From: Octopus sinensis | Taxonomy: Eukaryota | DNA length: 64,000 bases | Assembly: GCF_006345805.1 (NCBI RefSeq) | Contig: NC_042999.1 | Coordinates: forward strand, 172,298,001-172,362,000 | Direction of reading: 5' to 3' | Shown: piece by piece, positions 25,906 through 39,231 of the stretch | Layout: the number at the start of each line of letters is the position of its first letter | Position numbering within the stretch: position 1 is the stretch's first letter | Translations under genes and position numbers: made by a program | The notes under the pieces: generated by a model | The model's input: the letters and a program-made list of their open reading frames with translations, nothing else | Databases searched by the model: none | Told to the model about the DNA's origin: nothing

Positions 25906-27052
25906 ATATTTAGACGGCTAAACATTTCATAGTTTCTTCACTTCATTTGATACCGTTCAATATATGAATTCGAAAGTCATATTCCGATAGTCAGTTTTGA
26001 AGATACGAAGTGTATTCATAGCTATCGAACTACTGTGAAAATGAAAGAAAATTGATAATACTATTTAACAATTAAAAAGGAAATCTCGAACAAAATGTGT
26101 GTTACACAAGACCTTACACTTATGTCGAAGAGAAATTACACATTAGAGGCAAATTACCAAATTACTATACAAGAAGTACATAAAATAGCAAACAAAAAAT
26201 TCTAATAGAGACTTTCTAAAATTCCCATACTGTAATTTATATTTTGTGGTGATTTGTTTTTAAAACTTTTAGCCATTAGTCCTTGAATATTAAATATATT
26301 AATTTCTGGCATTAACACAAGGCGACACTCGTTTGTTAGGAGCATGGTTGCGGTGAGTGAACGGTCGATTAAAATCCGCTTATCTATCGATTCTGCCAAA
26401 CTACTAAATAATAATCTAAAAACATATCAAATGATATTAATAATAATGTAAACCACTGGGAATAAATTGTAACACAGCAAGAGAGTGTGGTAATGCAAAA
26501 ATCTGCATAATTTTCAAAACAATATCATTTGATTATCAATTATTATTGCTGTAGGTTTTTATGTTACTACTTTTATCACTTGCACTGACTGATACAACCT
26601 CAAAAGATTCACGGCACATCTAATATATGGTTCTGCGCTTCCTCCTACTCCTACAACTTTTTTCTTCTTAATCATCTTCTTTTTATCCTCACCTCTTTCC
26701 TTTTCCTTTTTCGTCCCTACCCGTTGTTTGTCCCACTGTCAAGAGGAACGTGAAATTAGTGTGAAGAGACTGACAAGCACAAAGATATGTTTAAATATTC
26801 GACAATGTAACTCATGAATATGTAAAAGCTAGAAGTATTCTAGCCAAATAATCTACGTGTATTTATGAATGCATAATTTACCAGTTATATCCCATTGTGA
26901 TAATGTAGGATATAAAAATGTTTCCGAGGGACAAAGTATAAATTTTATGTTCTGAAACTAAGAAATATGTATTGCGTACACAAACACACATACACATGTT
27001 CGTATGCATGCGCATATATACATAAATATACCCGCATATATGTACGTATATA

Positions 27053-27107
<55 letters not shown>

Positions 27108-27878
27108 ATATATATATATTATATATGATTATATATATAGTATATATATAAAGAGAGAGGTGAACAGAGAGAACAACTTATATCTACATAAGCATATATA
27201 AATGCATCCCAGTATGTATGTATTTTTCTAGTCATAGAAGTATACTTCTTCAAACGGATAATGTGTCTGCATATGAATACAATACTCGGCGCCATTAAAG
27301 TTAGAGTGTTTTAGTTAGTATTACAAAGATTACTGACAACTTGGAAAGTCTTTCTTGTAAAGAAGAGTATAGCAGTGTCCAGAATCATCAGAAATGGTGA
27401 TATAATTAAGATATACGATTGAGAAATATCCTTTGAGAGATTTGTATGTGTATTCAAGTATCTGTTTTCATAAAAATCTGTGATGGGAAACATCCTGTTG
27501 AGAGGAGAAAGTCATTTAATGAATAAAAGGATACTGTTTTTCTCCAACAATTTTTCATTTTGCAATATAAAACTGCAGCAATATCTTAGCCATATCCAAT
27601 ATTCGTAAACACAAACTCAACAAATTCACTTTCTATTACAAGTGGGTTCTTTTTTAAATAACACATTTGTCACATTATGCCAGTTAGTCACGCACATATA
27701 TATCTTCACATCAAATACATTCAAATACGATCATACCCCGATTCAAACAGTACATATATATATATATATATTCATATATATATATAATATATATATATAT
27801 ATTAAAACAGCATAAAGACAAGAACTTTTCTATCTCTGTCAGTCTTCCGCTTTTTCAATCGCATTCGCCTTCTCAACC

Positions 27879-27942
<64 letters not shown>

Positions 27943-28128
27943 CAATTGTTTGAAAAATAAATATATCACTTCAAATTGATATTAAGTTCGTATTGAATCC
28001 TACGCTACCACTAAAATTTATTTCCACTTGCGCAATACAGAGTTTCGATATCGCATTCATCCGATCACCGTAAAGAGAAAGATTTGCTCATGCCAAAAAA
28101 AATTATACAACATGTATGAACATATATA

Positions 28129-28170
<42 letters not shown>

Positions 28171-28791
28171 CATATATTTATATATGTGTGTCTGTATTAT
28201 ACATACATCTATATTTATATATATATAAGTGTATATATATGCATATATATGTATGTGTGTGTATCTGCATGTGTGTATCAATTATAAATGTATTTATATT
28301 ACGTTTCATGACGTAAATTCATAGGTACCTGTAATTACGACTGAAGTTGACTTACTGCCTAAATTCCGACTTGAAGTGCAACTGAAAATGCATTGATGTC
28401 ATACCTGCCTAATAAAAATTTGACAAAGGCAGCATTTCAGTCGAGTATGAACATGCAAACGACTGCAATCATGTCACATTGTGACATTTACATATTTACA
28501 TATTAATACAACTTGAAGTTAGAAATGAATGTTTAAGATCACGATAAATCAATAAAAGATTGGATAAGGAATGTTTATATTGGAGAATACCAGCAAATCT
28601 TTCAATCATTGTGAATATTCTTCAATCGATTTTCTATTGATCTCTTGGTATCTAAATTCCTCTAATATTCATCCCCACGCACATATTATATCAGTGCATA
28701 AATGTATACATATATTATATTCGGACCTGAGAGCATGAGTTCCCTCTTTGTGCCCAAATACAAATACATTTATACAGACATTCATTATATA

Positions 28792-28827
<36 letters not shown>

Positions 28828-28845
28828 TAGATAATAGATAGATAG

Positions 28846-28878
<33 letters not shown>

Positions 28879-28944
28879 GATAGATAGATAGATGATAGAT
28901 AGATAGATAGATAGATATATGATAATATGAGGCTATCATATATG

Positions 28945-29350
28945 CACAAGCGAGAAAACTGCACTGGTATGGTCATGTGATATGTATAGATGAGGACAAC
29001 TGCATTCATACTGCTGATATGTAATTGTGGAGGTAACATGGGAGGAAGTGGTGAGAAATGATCTTCAGATGCTGGACCGCTCAAAAGGGCCCGCAAGGGA
29101 CTGAGGTTTCTAGTGGCCTGCTGTGCTTGAGAAGACACGTCAAGCAAAGTAAAGTTGTGGTTGTCCTTGCATACAGGCATGTTTCCTACACCCTTCTTTC
29201 GCTAAGTGATTCTAATCCTGCAGGCTCATGGCTGCTGCATCCACATTAAAAGCACCCATGCTGGTGCTGTGTAAAATTACCCAGTACACTCTGTATAATG
29301 GTTGGTATTAGGAAGGGAATCAAGCCATAGCAACCAAGTCCAGTCAGCCC
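28945..29350 (+). mobile_element. RTE-clade LINE 3' end with 3' UTR
   Basis: RKLHWYGHVICIDEDNC..TWEEVVRNDLQML..AVLEKTRQAK, then CCCAGTACACTCTGTATAATGGTTGGTATTAGGAAGGG, which resembles cephalopod RTE/SINE tails. Confidence 0.8.
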
Positions 29351-31549
29351 TTCGCTAGCCACCACACATTCTATATTTTCTCTCCTTGTTTCTTTCTGTG
29401 CTCCTTTCTGTGGAAGAGCGTAGGCTCGAAACGTTAAAGACTTTTCCCTTCCCAAGCGTTATACTAATACATATGTTTCCTCTCTACACCACCTGTCTTC
29501 GTCTTTTGTTGTTTTTTCTTTGTGAATTCTCCCCTACATATATATATATATATATATATGTGATTATTTGATTTGATTTTTCCAGTTTCAGCTAATGAGC
29601 GTGGCCATGCTGGGGCACCGCCATTTGGTTTGCTACACACGGTTTTACCTCACGGATGCTTTTTAGCAAACGCCATCTGATGCATGAGAGAGTTCGATGC
29701 AGCTGCCCTCATCTGCACCTCCTGCCGTGAAGTTGGTTCATCCGGGACACCTGACAGGAAGAGATCCAGTCCTACTTTAAAGACTCCGCATCTACACCAT
29801 GCAGGTCCCTCAGGTTCTTCGGAGGATATTGAAGAGCAGTGGCCTCTGAAGCCCAGGCTATCACAATATCTTGTCCTACATCTTGATGCCAAATTTGGAG
29901 TCCTTGGTACTACGCAGTGGAGTCCGGTTCTGGCATTTGTGTGACTCTCGATGCCAAAGTCTGGGACAAGACCTTCCAGGATCTTCGAGATATATATTAT
30001 GGCATATCTTTCTCGTCTACGCTCCAGGAATAGAGCTTAAATCTCTTGAGTCTCTCCCAGTAGCTCATATGCTGCATAGAGGCTATCTTCTTCGTGTAGC
30101 TTCGTTGGATCGCCTCAAGTTCTGTGATAACTTGACACTGGATGGTGACCATAGCTGAGAGCAATAGTCAAAGTGGCTTAGGACAAGTGTCTTCCAGAGG
30201 ACCATCATGGTTTCTTGTTCTCTTGTTCTAAAGGTTCTAAGAATCCAGCCAGCCAGCCGTCTACATTTCATTGTCAGTTTAGCAACATGTACATGAAAGG
30301 TCGCGTCATCACTCATGTGAATACCCAGGTCACGCACAGATTGTGCCTCTGGATTGCAATCCCTCCGTCCATGTATTCATTGGGTATTGCATTCAGTTTT
30401 TGCATGCTGATAGTATAAAGCTTGAAACTTTTCAGCATTGAACTGCATGCTATTCTTTCAGCCCACTTGTATATTCGTCCAGCTCACATTGCAGGTGCTT
30501 AGTGTCCTCAGGGTTCTGTATTGCCTGTGAAACTTTTGTATCATCTGCATAACTTGTGATCGTGGCTCTCTGCGTGGCTGAGGGCATGTCTGAGAGGGCC
30601 CTTATGAACAGTAGTATGTCCCAAACAGTGCCCTGCGGAACAACCCGCTCACTATTTGCGTGCTAATGGAAGTGGCCCCATTGCTGCTACCACCTGACTT
30701 CTATTCTTCAGAAAGTCATGGAGCCATTCTCCTAGTTTTCCAACTATGCCAAGATCACGCAGCTTGTGACATATCATTCCATGATCGACTTTATCGAAGG
30801 CCCTTTGCGAAGTCGAGATATATGACTTCCACATTTGAGTGGTTGAGCAGTTGTTTCAGCACCCAGTCATAGTGCTGCAGGAGCTGAGTTAGCAGCTTTC
30901 TTCCTGGTCGGAAACCATGTTGGGTGTCATGCAGCAAGTCATTTTCTTCAAGGAAGTGATTAGTTTCCTTCTGACTATTCGTTCCATGACCTTGCTGATG
31001 TGTGAGGTCAGAGAGATAGGTCTGTAGTTCTTGGCCTCCGCTCTGCTACCTCCTTTATGAATAGGGCATATTTTACCTTCCTTCATTTTTCTTGGAAGTT
31101 TGCCAGCTGCAAGGAAGCTCTGAAAGATGAACTGCAGTGGTCTTGCTAGGACTCTCTTACATACTTTTAGGAGGATTGCCGTGAATCCATCGGGGCCAAT
31201 AGCTGAGTCTGTTTTCATTTCATCTATAGCCTTTTACATCGTCTTCCTTTATATCGATGTAATTTATCGTCGCCGCCTCTGATTCTATATCTGCAGTGGT
31301 AAGAAGTCAGTTGGATTGCTGATTTGGAAATGCCCAAGGGGTGGAGTGAAAACCTCTTGAAATGTTCATTCAGTATTTACTTACTTCTCATTGGTTTTCC
31401 TGTCGTGTGCCATCCTTTTCAAGGAGTGGCCCTATCCTACCGTGCACCGTAGCTGTTTCTTTGGCATACCTGTAGAAAGCTCTGGGGTTACTTTTTATGT
31501 TGTCTATAGCCCAGGCTTCTTTGTCTGCTCTTTCCTTCTCATGGGAGAG

Positions 31550-31576
31550 TTAGGGTTAGGGTTAGGGTTAGGGTTA
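31550..31576 (+). repeat. Interstitial telomeric repeat (TTAGGG)4TTA inside LINE ORF2
   Basis: Exact sequence TTAGGGTTAGGGTTAGGGTTAGGGTTA. Confidence 0.95.
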
Positions 31577-32552
31577 ACAGTTTTATTTTCAGGCGGGACT
31601 TTTCACTGCTTTCAATTTGTTTGTTTAGGCGATTTGAAATTTTTGTACGCCGTCTCATTAAAATTTTCCTCTCTCTGGGGATTTTGTTCTTGTGTACAGT
31701 GGTCTTTCTCTCTGGGACACATTTGTAGCATATGGCTTGCATTACAGACATGAATTGTTGAAGTATCATGTCGATGTCCGGCGAGGAGAGACATTCAGGC
31801 CAGTTTTGTTTGAGGATCTCTTTCTCAGTTTGTTCCAGTTTGCCTTTTTGAAGTTCAAGCTGGAAAGATTCTGAGGGTTTCTTGTAGGCTGCATGTCCGT
31901 GCTCTCTTTTGCCCGTACATGGTCAGCTCTACCATGTTGTGATCCGAGAGTAGTATCGGTGTCACTTCACATTATGGATGAGATCCATATTATTTGTGCA
32001 GCAGAGATCCAGTGTGTTACCTGCTCTGGTTGGTTGGAGTATTACTGCTCCATGTACAGGGTGTTGATGAGGTTCAGGAGGGACCTCGCCTGTCCTCGTT
32101 CACATCTTGTCATTCCTGGAGAGAAAGGCCCTCGGGCCATCTGACATTCGGTAGATTGAAGGTCTCCCATGAGCAGTACACTTATGTGTTGTTCTAATGT
32201 GATAGAATTCTTCTATTTTTAAAAGGCAGTCCTCAAACTGCCCATATGACTTGGGCATCTGGAGGCGATATGTAGCACACACAACTACATCAAGTTGCCT
32301 TATGTGTACAATTAGTGTGTCACACACCGAGTTTGAGTATGACAAAAGGACCTTGGGTGTGAGGTCCCCGCGGATGTACATAGCAACTCCTCCATGACTC
32401 CTTTCTTTCCTGTCGGTCCGTAGTACAACATACTGTGGTATGTGTAATTCCGCATCTGCTATGTCCGGTTTCAGATGCGTTTCTTTGTGAGTGCTATGCA
32501 TAAGGCTTGATTGCATGCGACAAAGTCTCTCAGGAACGGGACTTTTGTCCTG

Positions 32553-33467
32553 TTACTGTGTGTTTAGTAGTCCTCTGATGTTCAGTAGGGCATCGAGGTG
32601 AGGTGTAATGCTGTTTGTTGCCCCGGTGGTCACCCTGGGTCCATCTGCTGTGGCGGTCTTGTGAACTGTGGGCAGCTCCATCTGCGAGCCTGAGCCTGAT
32701 GGAGCCAGGTTAGCTGCTGTACAATCTTTTGTGCATGCACAAAAAAGATTCCTGCTCAGCAGCTGCCCCCATTCAACAACACGTTGGTGGCTTGTGGTAC
32801 GCACCACATCTGCGTACCTCCGTTTTGGGGGCAGGTGATGCGTGGTCCATCCCATTTCCTTTCGGTGGTTGGTTTCTGTGGCAGGGTCCCGGATGTGCAA
32901 AGCGCAGCCCGCACCTTCCTCTCCATGCCGGCAGGCACCTTTCAGGTAGAACCTACATACCCATGTGCGCTGCTTGTTTCCATCCTTTTTGGCATATGGA
33001 TAGTTAGGTTTGCCTCTATCCCTGGCTGCCTTGCCCCTTGGCTTTGTCTGAGTTTTAGCTTCAGTTTTTTTGGTTTTTTCATCTCCATGTCCATGGCTTT
33101 TGGTGCTGGTAGGAGCATCCGCACCTGGGTTCATCTCCTGGGCAGGCCTCTCACTGGAGTTTTTTTCCTGGGCGTCTACCAGGTGGGGGTGACCCTCCTC
33201 ATCAGCGCCCGCGTCTCTATCCTTGCAATCTTTACTTTGTTCGCGTTTTTCGCTGTCAAAAATGGCATGCAGCGTGTTAATGTGCGATCTGACAAGTACG
33301 TAGGAGCGTATAAATTCTTGCTTCTTCCGCTCTATTTGAGCTGACGTCCTTTTGTATCCGTTGTTCTTCAGCGCAGCCGTAATTATATTATTTGGATTTT
33401 CTCCGTCAGCGCATTGCCATCCTCGCAGGAACCACGCCAGTTCGTCACGTTTCCAGGTTCTGGACAT
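32553..33467 (-). CDS. LINE ORF1-like protein (304 aa): Myb/SANT-trihelix-like N-terminus plus CCCH-like zinc finger; probably frameshifted after the finger
   Basis: W..DE...FL..W...ALKNNGYKRTSAQIERKKQEFIRSY; CRFYLKGACRHGEEGAGC..H; lies directly upstream of the endonuclease start. Confidence 0.7.
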   Translation of the reverse strand: MSRTWKRDELAWFLRGWQCADGENPNNIITAALKNNGYKRTSAQIERKKQEFIRSYVLVRSHINTLHAIFDSEKREQSKDCKDRDAGADEEGHPHLVDAQEKNSSERPAQEMNPGADAPTSTKSHGHGDEKTKKTEAKTQTKPRGKAARDRGKPNYPYAKKDGNKQRTWVCRFYLKGACRHGEEGAGCALHIRDPATETNHRKEMGWTTHHLPPKRRYADVVRTTSHQRVVEWGQLLSRNLFCACTKDCTAANLAPSGSGSQMELPTVHKTATADGPRVTTGATNSITPHLDALLNIRGLLNTQ

Positions 33468-33690
33468 TCTTGATATTTTATCTATCTATCTAATTATATT
33501 ATATTAATTTATATTAATCTAATAGTGCAATAGGGGGTAGGGAGGAAGTAGAGAAAAAGAGCGTCTATGTACTTAAGGAGAAATTGGGAGCCGAGAGTAA
33601 GAGAGAAGAGGAAGAGGAGAGACTGAGAGCTGAAGGAAGAGAGAGAAAGCGTATATGTCCTTATATGTATCCGAGAGAGGAGAGTAAGTA

Positions 33691-33905
33691 GAAGAGAGTA
33701 ATGGAGAGACAAGGAGAAGCGGGAGAGAAACCGAAGAGATAGAAGAGAGTCAATGGAGAGACAAGGAGAAGCGGAGAGAACTGAAGAGATAGGGAGAGAA
33801 GGAAGAAATATAGAGAGAATTTATATATTTGAAAGAGGGGAGTAAGATAGAATGAGAGTTATGAAGAGACAAGGAGAAGCGTGAGGGAGAGAACTGAAGA
33901 GACAG
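33691..33905. repeat. Three imperfect ~50-bp purine-rich tandem units in the LINE 5' region
   Basis: GAAGAGAGT(C)AATGGAGAGACAAGGAGAAGCGG(G)AGAGAA.C.GAAGAGA units starting near 33691, 33742 and 33850. Confidence 0.8.
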
Positions 33906-35153
33906 ACAGAGAGGGGAGAATTCTAAACGAAGCTATTTGTACACACACATACACGCGTATACATACATACATATACACATGTGTGCACATGCACATATAT
34001 AAACAGTAGTACCAAGTGAGTATATAAAGAAACAATAATAATAATAATAATGAAATAGCTGAAAGAAAACAATCCAAGAGATTTTACAGAATTTAAGCAG
34101 AGAAAAAGAGAAAAGAAAATATATATTTGTCCGTCGCTACAGACAATGTCTTCTAAAATAAAAACTAATTGCGACTATACTTCTAACACACACATATACA
34201 TACACACAGACATACGGGAATTAACGGTAAAACAAGAAATTACGGAGACATAAAACAATAATTCGATACACACATACATATACATACAGATATATACACG
34301 CATGTGACAAATAATATTTGCGACTATACTTCTAACACACACATATACATACACATAGATATATTATTATTTTCTGTTTGAAAGAACACTAATGATAACA
34401 AAATAAATAATATCTTCCTTACCTTACCGGCTGAGAGAATACTTACGTGATTCCTTTTTATGAGAAAGGAAGATGGATAGACAAGACAGACCTTTTATAT
34501 TCCTTAAGCGTATTTTGTAAACAAAAGGGATTTGAGTTTCGATTTAGCACATGCAACAGTTTGAGGATACTTTCTGTATTTTCCTAAGCGATTTGGTATT
34601 AAGCAGCAAATTTTTCAAAGGCTTTTTTCAGAACACGCAGATATACATCAAAAACGAAAATATTCTTCTAAATACAGTGAATTTGTTGTACTTTCAACTT
34701 ATATTCGCTTTGCAGACAATTTCGCTTCTGATAACTCGATCTCTGGAAGGACTCTTTTAATATTTAGGAGAGACACGTTAACACACTTGTTGTTAGTTCA
34801 GTGCCATCTTGAATATATCTTGATATATTGTGTGTGTATGTATGTATATATATATATTATATATAATATATATATATAATTAATCAATATAGGGTGGCAA
34901 AACATTTCCCAGAATTTTTTGCCACCAGCGGCCTAGTGGGAAAAAATTAAATAGTCATAGACCATTTATAAATTCAACAGCAAAATCAAAATCAAGGAAC
35001 GGCCATAATAGGCCATTCACCCACTAGAAATAACAGCCAAGGCTTCAACCGCAAAACAACATTAATTCCGTAAAACAGGAGAAAATTAAAAAAACATTTA
35101 CCCTGTAATTCTTTATACGATGCACCGTTTCGTCTATTGTTTAATGTAAACTA

Positions 35154-35253
35154 NNNNNNNNNNNNNNNNNNNNNNNNNNNNNNNNNNNNNNNNNNNNNNN
35201 NNNNNNNNNNNNNNNNNNNNNNNNNNNNNNNNNNNNNNNNNNNNNNNNNNNNN
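35154..35253. other. Assembly gap (100 N)
   Basis: Run of exactly 100 N; true distance and orientation across it are unknown. Confidence 1.
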
Positions 35254-35900
35254 ACCTTACCTACAAGCTTTTAAGTAGAATATTTATGTTTGCCTAAATG
35301 TTTTACCAAACCGCTTTCCTGCGATGTTATTAAACGTGGCCGCTGGAATCTGCACTTTAATAAAATGAAAACAACATGGTAAAAATACTTCAAAGAAACT
35401 AGAAATACTAAAACGTAGGATAATTTTATAACTACCTTCTGAAAACTGAATTATATGTTTACTTTGAGCAAGACAAGTATATACATCATTATTGTATTGC
35501 ATTATGTTATACCACTATCTCCGGTGTCATTTTACTTCAGAGGAAGTTATAAAATATCTGTGAGAAATATATTTCATCATAACTTATATTTTTTGCGTGT
35601 TCATCTAACGAAAAAAATGATAAATTTTTTTACAACAAATGAGATTTCTTTTTAATAGCGTATTATACTTTCATGGCAATTTTCTGATCGAGTTAAATTT
35701 TAATAAGCGGCAACAAAATGAACGTTTCGTTGATATATGTTAGTATTTCGTGGCTGGTTAATCGTTATAACTAAAGTACACGAGAAAATTTTAACTTATA
35801 ATTTACAAAATAAATACTTGTTTTGACAAAACTGTTCTTAATATACATATATATATTATATAAATATACGTGCATATATTTATGCATATATATTATATAT

Positions 35901-35933
<33 letters not shown>

Positions 35934-35966
35934 ATATATAATATATATGTAATATAATATATAATA

Positions 35967-36006
<40 letters not shown>

Positions 36007-36061
36007 TATATATACATACATATGCATACATATGTGTGTTCGCGTATGTGTGTGTATGTAT

Positions 36062-36600
36062 GTTATTATTCATTTTTATTTCAAAATTTCTAACCAAAAG
36101 TGAAAGGGCTGTTTTTTAACCTAGATCGAAGGCTCCTTCATTGGGATTTCAGCATCATGGACAGTATATTTTGCTTTATGTATGTACTCTCATACATATA
36201 ATTGTATACCTACACATATATACTTAAATGAACATTTTCTGGGAAGTTATGCAGATTTTTGCAGTTCCAGTGATGGATTGGGTCTGTACTCTTCGAATCA
36301 GTGCTCCCCTTTCTGGTTTTGAGGAGCATAATTTTTCAAGATTGGTATTTAGGCAGTATGTTTCACACCCCAGTGCCCCAATAATTACAGGTATAAACCT
36401 AAATTTGTTACTTGATAGAGTAACTGCAAATTTCTCAATAATTCAGCGTGGGGATTTTCTGTTTCGAAGATCTTTAGCATTACGTGAACATCTGCTGGGC
36501 AGCTGATTTTTCTCCTCTTTCCCAAATCCTCATGTCAAGTTTATTGTGTTTATATTTTATTGATATCTCTTTTTATGAGTGGCTATGGCTTCCACCATAG
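36062..36600 (-). mobile_element. Dong/R4-type retrotransposon 3' fragment
   Basis: Minus strand ..IPVIIGALG...IRRVQTQSITGTAKICITSQKMFI, the typical C-terminus of REL-endonuclease elements. Confidence 0.75.
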
Positions 36601-38439
36601 TGTGGATTCTTATTTCTTTGTCCTCGGGGTTTGTACGTACGTATGTATGTATATATTTTATGTATGCACGTATTTATATATGTATGTATGTATGTTTGTA
36701 TGCATGTGTATATGTATGTTTGTAGGTATATGAAGGCTTGTCTGTTTTAGTGCCACTTGAAGGTTTAGCCTATTTACATTCTTAGTTTGCACATTAATCT
36801 GTGGCGAAGGCAAATAGGTCAGGCGAAGGCAAATAGGATATGAGAACTATAACAAGGTAGTCTAACAGCTAAAATATTAGCTGTTGGATTCTCACTTATC
36901 GAAGTGAAAGGGATAGTACATTTTATATAGGTATGTGTATATTATATTATGTTATATCATATTATATTATGTTATATTATATTATATTATATTATATTAT
37001 ATCATACGCATTATTTCCTTAGGGCATTTTGAAAAATGGCTGATATTCATTCTCTACATATACATCACCCATGCCTTTGCAAATAGCATTTGGACTGTGT
37101 GTAATCTTAGAGCCTTCCTGCATCCTATTCATTTTTCGTTTGGCACTATGTTTAGAGTTACCCACATTTTTTTCCCGTTTCAAAATCATCGTCGGTGATT
37201 TTTAACTTATCTCCATGAATGAAAAATATATTTTCCTTTCAATTGAAAGTGTAACTTTCTCTATAAAACATCATTAACTTTCTTGTCATAAGAAATAAAA
37301 GTATACAGAAAAAAAACTGCTGTAAATAGATCAGAATTTGCTGTGTTTTAATCATCGCCAGTAATATCGTAATTGGTAGTTAACTCTAAAAGTGACTTCC
37401 AACAAAACTTTCAATGCATTCAATTCAGTGAGATATACATTTTGGCCGGAGACAAAATATAAAACCACTTAACCAGACGAAGAAGAAATCATTTTGTATG
37501 GCTTACATTCCATTTTTGTCTGTAAATATAATTACAGAAAACTCGGAGAGAGAGCGTAAGTCAATAGACAGGCTATTTGCTAGCATTTTCGATTAGAAAC
37601 TTTCAGAGTTTATTGAAATCATTCACCTAACTTGAAAGTGATATTACATGAAGCTCCACAGGGTTCTAAATGCCGCAATAAGTCTGTCTGTGCTGAAGAT
37701 TCCATTCCTTTTTGAAGCCGTTTTACTTTTCTCCTTTTCTAATAACCGTAGGCAAGTCTATCGATTTCTCCATGTACGACTTAGGTCAGATTTTGCAGGT
37801 GACTGTAGTTTGGAGACAGGAGGGCTGTACAAATTATTGAATACTGGGAGTGTGGTGGAGAGTTATAAGGCTAACACTTGTAGCAGTGGTTGTTTAAATT
37901 TCAGTTCAGCCCTGTTCTATTAAGCCTAGAATCAATATCTACCGCATTTAAAGTGTTCATTTTATGACGAAGAATACCTTAAATCCTCTAATTAACAGGG
38001 GAAAGTTTAAAATTTAAGCATGTTTTCTATTTTAAGTATTAACAACAGTGATCACCAGCAAGGATACAGGGTTTGCTCGTATGTAACATATTTTTGTTAA
38101 TTTGTTAGGTGCCCCAGTATTCAAAAGCAGACACTGGCACTTTCCCCACTTCAACCTGTAAAGTATCTAGGATGTGACTTCTGCAAAAGATGAGGCATAA
38201 ACTGACAAAGATTTGGAGTTCATTTCAAATGTTTACATTGGAACAACATGGAAAGAAACGCTAACAAACACTGCACGCTGTTCTGTCAACGAATCCAAAA
38301 TACAAGAAACAAATGCCTTCACTATAGCATCACACGCCGTTATTCATGAGCCCTAAACTATGGAATAAATATTAGCTACATTCAACTGTATAATTCTAAT
38401 GAATGGTTGTCAGAAATTGTATAAAACCGGCACTTTTTC

Positions 38440-38745
38440 AGTTACGACGACGGGGTTTTCATTTCACCTGATCAACGGGATAGCCTTCTCGTAAAATTAA
38501 TCTGCAAGTGATTGAGCACTCCACAAACACGCATATACTTAACGTAGTTTTCAGAGATATTCAGCGTGGCATAGAACGTTACAAGGCCGGTCCTTTGAAA
38601 TACAGGCACAACTCATTTGTGCCAGCTGAGTGGATTGGAGCAACGTGAAATAAAATGTCTTGCTCAATGAGACAACGCTCTGCCGGTAATCGAACTCACG
38701 ACTGTAAGGTCGTGAGATGATTACCCTAACCACTAAGCCACTTGG
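38440..38745 (-). mobile_element. tRNA-derived SINE with CORE-like central domain
   Basis: Head GTGGCTTAGTGGTTAGGG..GAGTTCGATTACC; central TTGAGCAAGACATTTTATTTCACGTTGCTCCAATCCACTCAGCTGG. Confidence 0.8.
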
Positions 38746-38889
38746 CGACTTGTAAAAGTTTTCATTTGTTCACACATTTGTACTTGTGGTGAGTGATTGG
38801 TAATCAGTTGGTCATAAATATAAGATGCTTCGAATGGGCTAACAAATTATGTGTACCTATAGGGTAAGAAGATCAACGATAATAAGCCT

Positions 38890-39030
38890 GAGACAAAATA
38901 TTGTAATTATGCGTAGTGGTTGAGAAATCACCAAGTTAGTCTGGATACCTTTCATACTTCTCGGGGTCGATAAATTAAGTACCAGTTGAGTACAGAGGTT
39001 GATGTAATCAACATGCTTCTTCCCGCTTAT
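38890..39030 (+). mobile_element. Truncated Nin/Deu-domain SINE
   Basis: CCTTTCATACTTCTCGGGGTCGATAAATTAAGTACCAGTTGAGTACAGAGGTTGATGTAATC. Confidence 0.75.
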
Positions 39031-39125
39031 ATCAGAAAACATTATTTCTTAATGCTTTGATTAAACTCACACACACAAATAGTATATATACAAATAGTAT
39101 ATGTATGTTTGTATATGTCTGTCTG

Positions 39126-39209
<84 letters not shown>

Positions 39210-39231
39210 CATATATAAATTTCAAATAATA

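Larger units (their letters stand above)
29580..33960 (-). mobile_element. Near full-length degenerate CR1/L2(Jockey-group) LINE: 5' repeats, ORF1, APE endonuclease, RT, 3' tail
   Basis: Endonuclease motifs LLNIRGL, ETHL, DRKERSHGGVAMY; RT motifs AIGPDGF, NYRPISLTSHISKVMERI, YLDFAK/AFDKVDHG, VPQGTVLG, YADDT, HFDYCSQLWSP; 3' tail GGCGGTGCCCCAGCATGGCCACG..CTGAAAC. Many frameshifts. Confidence 0.95.

Noticed and set aside
32784-33344. 186-aa hydrophobic + strand ORF
   Set aside because: Antisense shadow of the K/E-rich LINE ORF1.
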